Part shown: positions 61,960-64,000 of the stretch, one piece after another
Numbering within the stretch: the first letter of the stretch is position 1
Layout: each line of letters begins with the position of its first letter
Assembly (NCBI RefSeq): GCF_020745735.1
Contig: NC_083435.1
Location: 37,659,090-37,723,089 of the forward strand
From: Hemiscyllium ocellatum
Taxonomy: Eukaryota
Length of the DNA stretch: 64,000 nucleotides
Direction of reading: 5' to 3'
Program-made: the position numbers and the translations under genes
Notes under the pieces: model-generated
The model's database searches: none
Seen by the model: the letters and a program-made list of their open reading frames with translations, nothing else
Told to the model about the DNA's origin: nothing

Positions 61960-64000
61960 AAACCGTGTGAGGGAGCTGGAGCTGGAGCTGGATGAACTTT
62001 GGATCATTCAGGAGGCAGAGGGGGTTATTGAGAGGAGTTGCAGGGAGGTAGTCACACCTCGGGTACAAGAAAAAGGCAGATGGGTTACAGTCAGGGGATG
62101 GAAAGGGAACTGGCAGGCAGTGCAGGGATCCCCTGTGGCCATTCCCCTCAATAACAAGTAGACTGTTTTGGATACAGTTGGGGGAGGGGATGACCTAGCA
62201 GGGTTAAGCAATGGGGTACAGGTCTCTGGCACAGAGTCTGTCCCTGCTGCTCAGAAGGGAAGGGGGAAGAGGAGCAGAGCATTAGTCATTGAGGACTCCA
62301 TAGTTAGAGGGACAGATAGGAGGTTCTGTGGGAACGAGAGAGACTCACGGTTGGTGTGTTGCCGCCCGGGTGCTGGAGTTCGTGATGTCTCTGATCGTGC
62401 TTTCAGGATCCTTGAGGGGGAGGGGGAGCAGCCCCAAGTCATGGTCCACATAGGCACCAATGACACAGATAGGGAGAGAGATGGGGATCTAAGGTGGACA
62501 TTCAGGGAGCTAGGATGGAAGCTTAGAGCTCAAACAAACAAAGTTGTTATCTCTGGTTCGTTGCCTATGCCATGTGCTAGCAAGGTGAGGAACAGGGAGA
62601 GAGAAGAGTTGAACACGTGACTACCAGGATGATGCAGGAGGCATTTGGAAACCTGGATAATTGAGGCTTTTTCTGAGGTAAGTGGGACCCCTACAAACGG
62701 GATGGTCTACACCTGAACCACAGGGGTACCAATATCCTGGGGGGTGGGGATATTTGCTAATACTCTTTGGAATGGTTTAAACTAATTCAGCCGGGGGATG
62801 GGAACCTGAATTGTCGCTTCAGTGTCCAGGAGGTTGAGAGTAGTGAGGTCAGAGATATGGTTTCAAGGTCACAAGAGTTAACCAGCAAGCAGGAAGGCGG
62901 TTTGAAGCATGTCTACTTCAACGCCAAGAGCATCCGGAATAAGGTGGGTGAACTTGCAGCATAGGTTGGTATCTGGGACTTCGATGTTGTGGCCATTTCG
63001 GAGACATGAATAGAGCAGGGATAGGAACGGTTGTTGCAGATTCTGGAATTTAGATGTTTCAGTAAGAACAGAGAAGATGGTAAAAGAAGGGGAGGTGTGG
63101 CATTGTTAGTCAAGGGAAGTGTTACAGTGGAGAAAGGACGTTTGATGAGGACTGGTCTACTGAGGTAGCATGGGCTGAGGTTAGATAAAGGAGAGGAGAG
63201 GTCACCCTGTTAGGAGTTTTCCGTAGGCCTCCGGATAGTTCCAGAGATGTAGAGGAAAGGATAGCAAAGATAATTCCGGATAGGAACGAGAGTAACAGTG
63301 GTTGTTATAAGGTGAGCACTTTGCTGGTAGTGACCACAATTCGGTTATGTTTACTTTAGTGATGCAAGGGGATAATCTATACCACAGGGCAAGAGTTATA
63401 ACTGGGAGAAAGGCAATTATGATGCACTTAGGCAAGATTTCAGGTGCATAGGATGGGGAAGGAAACTGCAGGGAATGGGCACAATTGAAGTATGGAGCTT
63501 ATTCAAAGAACAGCTACTGTGTGTCCTTGATATGTATGTACCTGTCAGGCAGGGAGGAAGTGGTCGAGCGAGGGAGCTGTGGCCTAATATAGAAGTTGAA
63601 TCTCTTGTCAAGAGGACGAGGAACGCTTACATAAGGATGAGACGTGAAGGCTCAGTTAGGGTGCTTGAGAGTTACAAGGTAGCCAGGAAGGACCTAAAGA
63701 GAGAGCTAAGAAGAGCCAGGAGGGGACATGAGAAGTCATTGCCAGGTAGGATCACGGAAAACCTTAAAGCTTTCTATCGGTATATGGAATAAAAGAATGA
63801 CTAGAGTAAGATTAGGGATAATCAAGGATAGTAGTGGAAGTTGTGCATGGAGTCAGAGGAGATCAGGGAAGCACTAAATGAATATTTTTCATCAGTATTC
63901 ACACTGGAAAAAGACAGTGTTGTCGAGGAGAATACTGAGGTACTGGCTACTGACAAGATGGGATTGAAGTTCACAAGGAGGTGGTGTTAAAATAGGTAAG
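61960..64000 (+). mobile_element. CR1 LINE 5' portion: ORF1 (SGNH/GDSL esterase-like) and start of ORF2, disrupted
   Basis: ALVIEDSIVRG...VHIGTND...VVISG; then YFNAKSIRNKVGELAA (APE endonuclease start) and the linker. Confidence 0.88.

Noticed and set aside
60013-61960. Search for the alpha1 and leader exons
   Set aside because: I found only unique intron-like sequence, SINEs, CR1 and an LTR; no alpha1-like translation was seen.

Overview
Eukaryotic, transposon-rich sequence, most likely from a shark (inferred from the HE1-type tRNA SINEs, CR1/HER1-like LINEs and Penelope-like elements). Most of the window is decayed CR1 fragments, Penelope pieces and short hairpin derivatives carrying hammerhead-ribozyme cores, SINEs, LTR remnants and G/C-skewed minisatellites. 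The gene content is a convergent (tail-to-tail) pair of MHC class I-like paralogues. On the minus strand, a non-classical class I gene has intact alpha2 (59737-60012), alpha3 (59341-59619) and TM (59118-59222) exons and a cytoplasmic exon at 47331-47623. Its alpha1 and leader exons were not found in the window. Its alpha2 domain lacks both canonical cysteines and most peptide-anchor residues. On the plus strand, a relic keeps only the TM (8881-8997) and cytoplasmic (10766-10825, 10938-11080) exons. The main observation is that in both paralogues the terminal cytoplasmic exon runs, without a recognisable intron, into decayed sequence resembling the C-terminal region of very large inducible GTPases (VLIG: GVIN1/URGCP). 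The plus copy retains the GCxxQCPFCxxxC...H...H...HR motif. This suggests an ancestral MHC class I-VLIG C-terminal fusion receptor. Family assignments come from remembered motifs, not database searches, and repeat boundaries are approximate.
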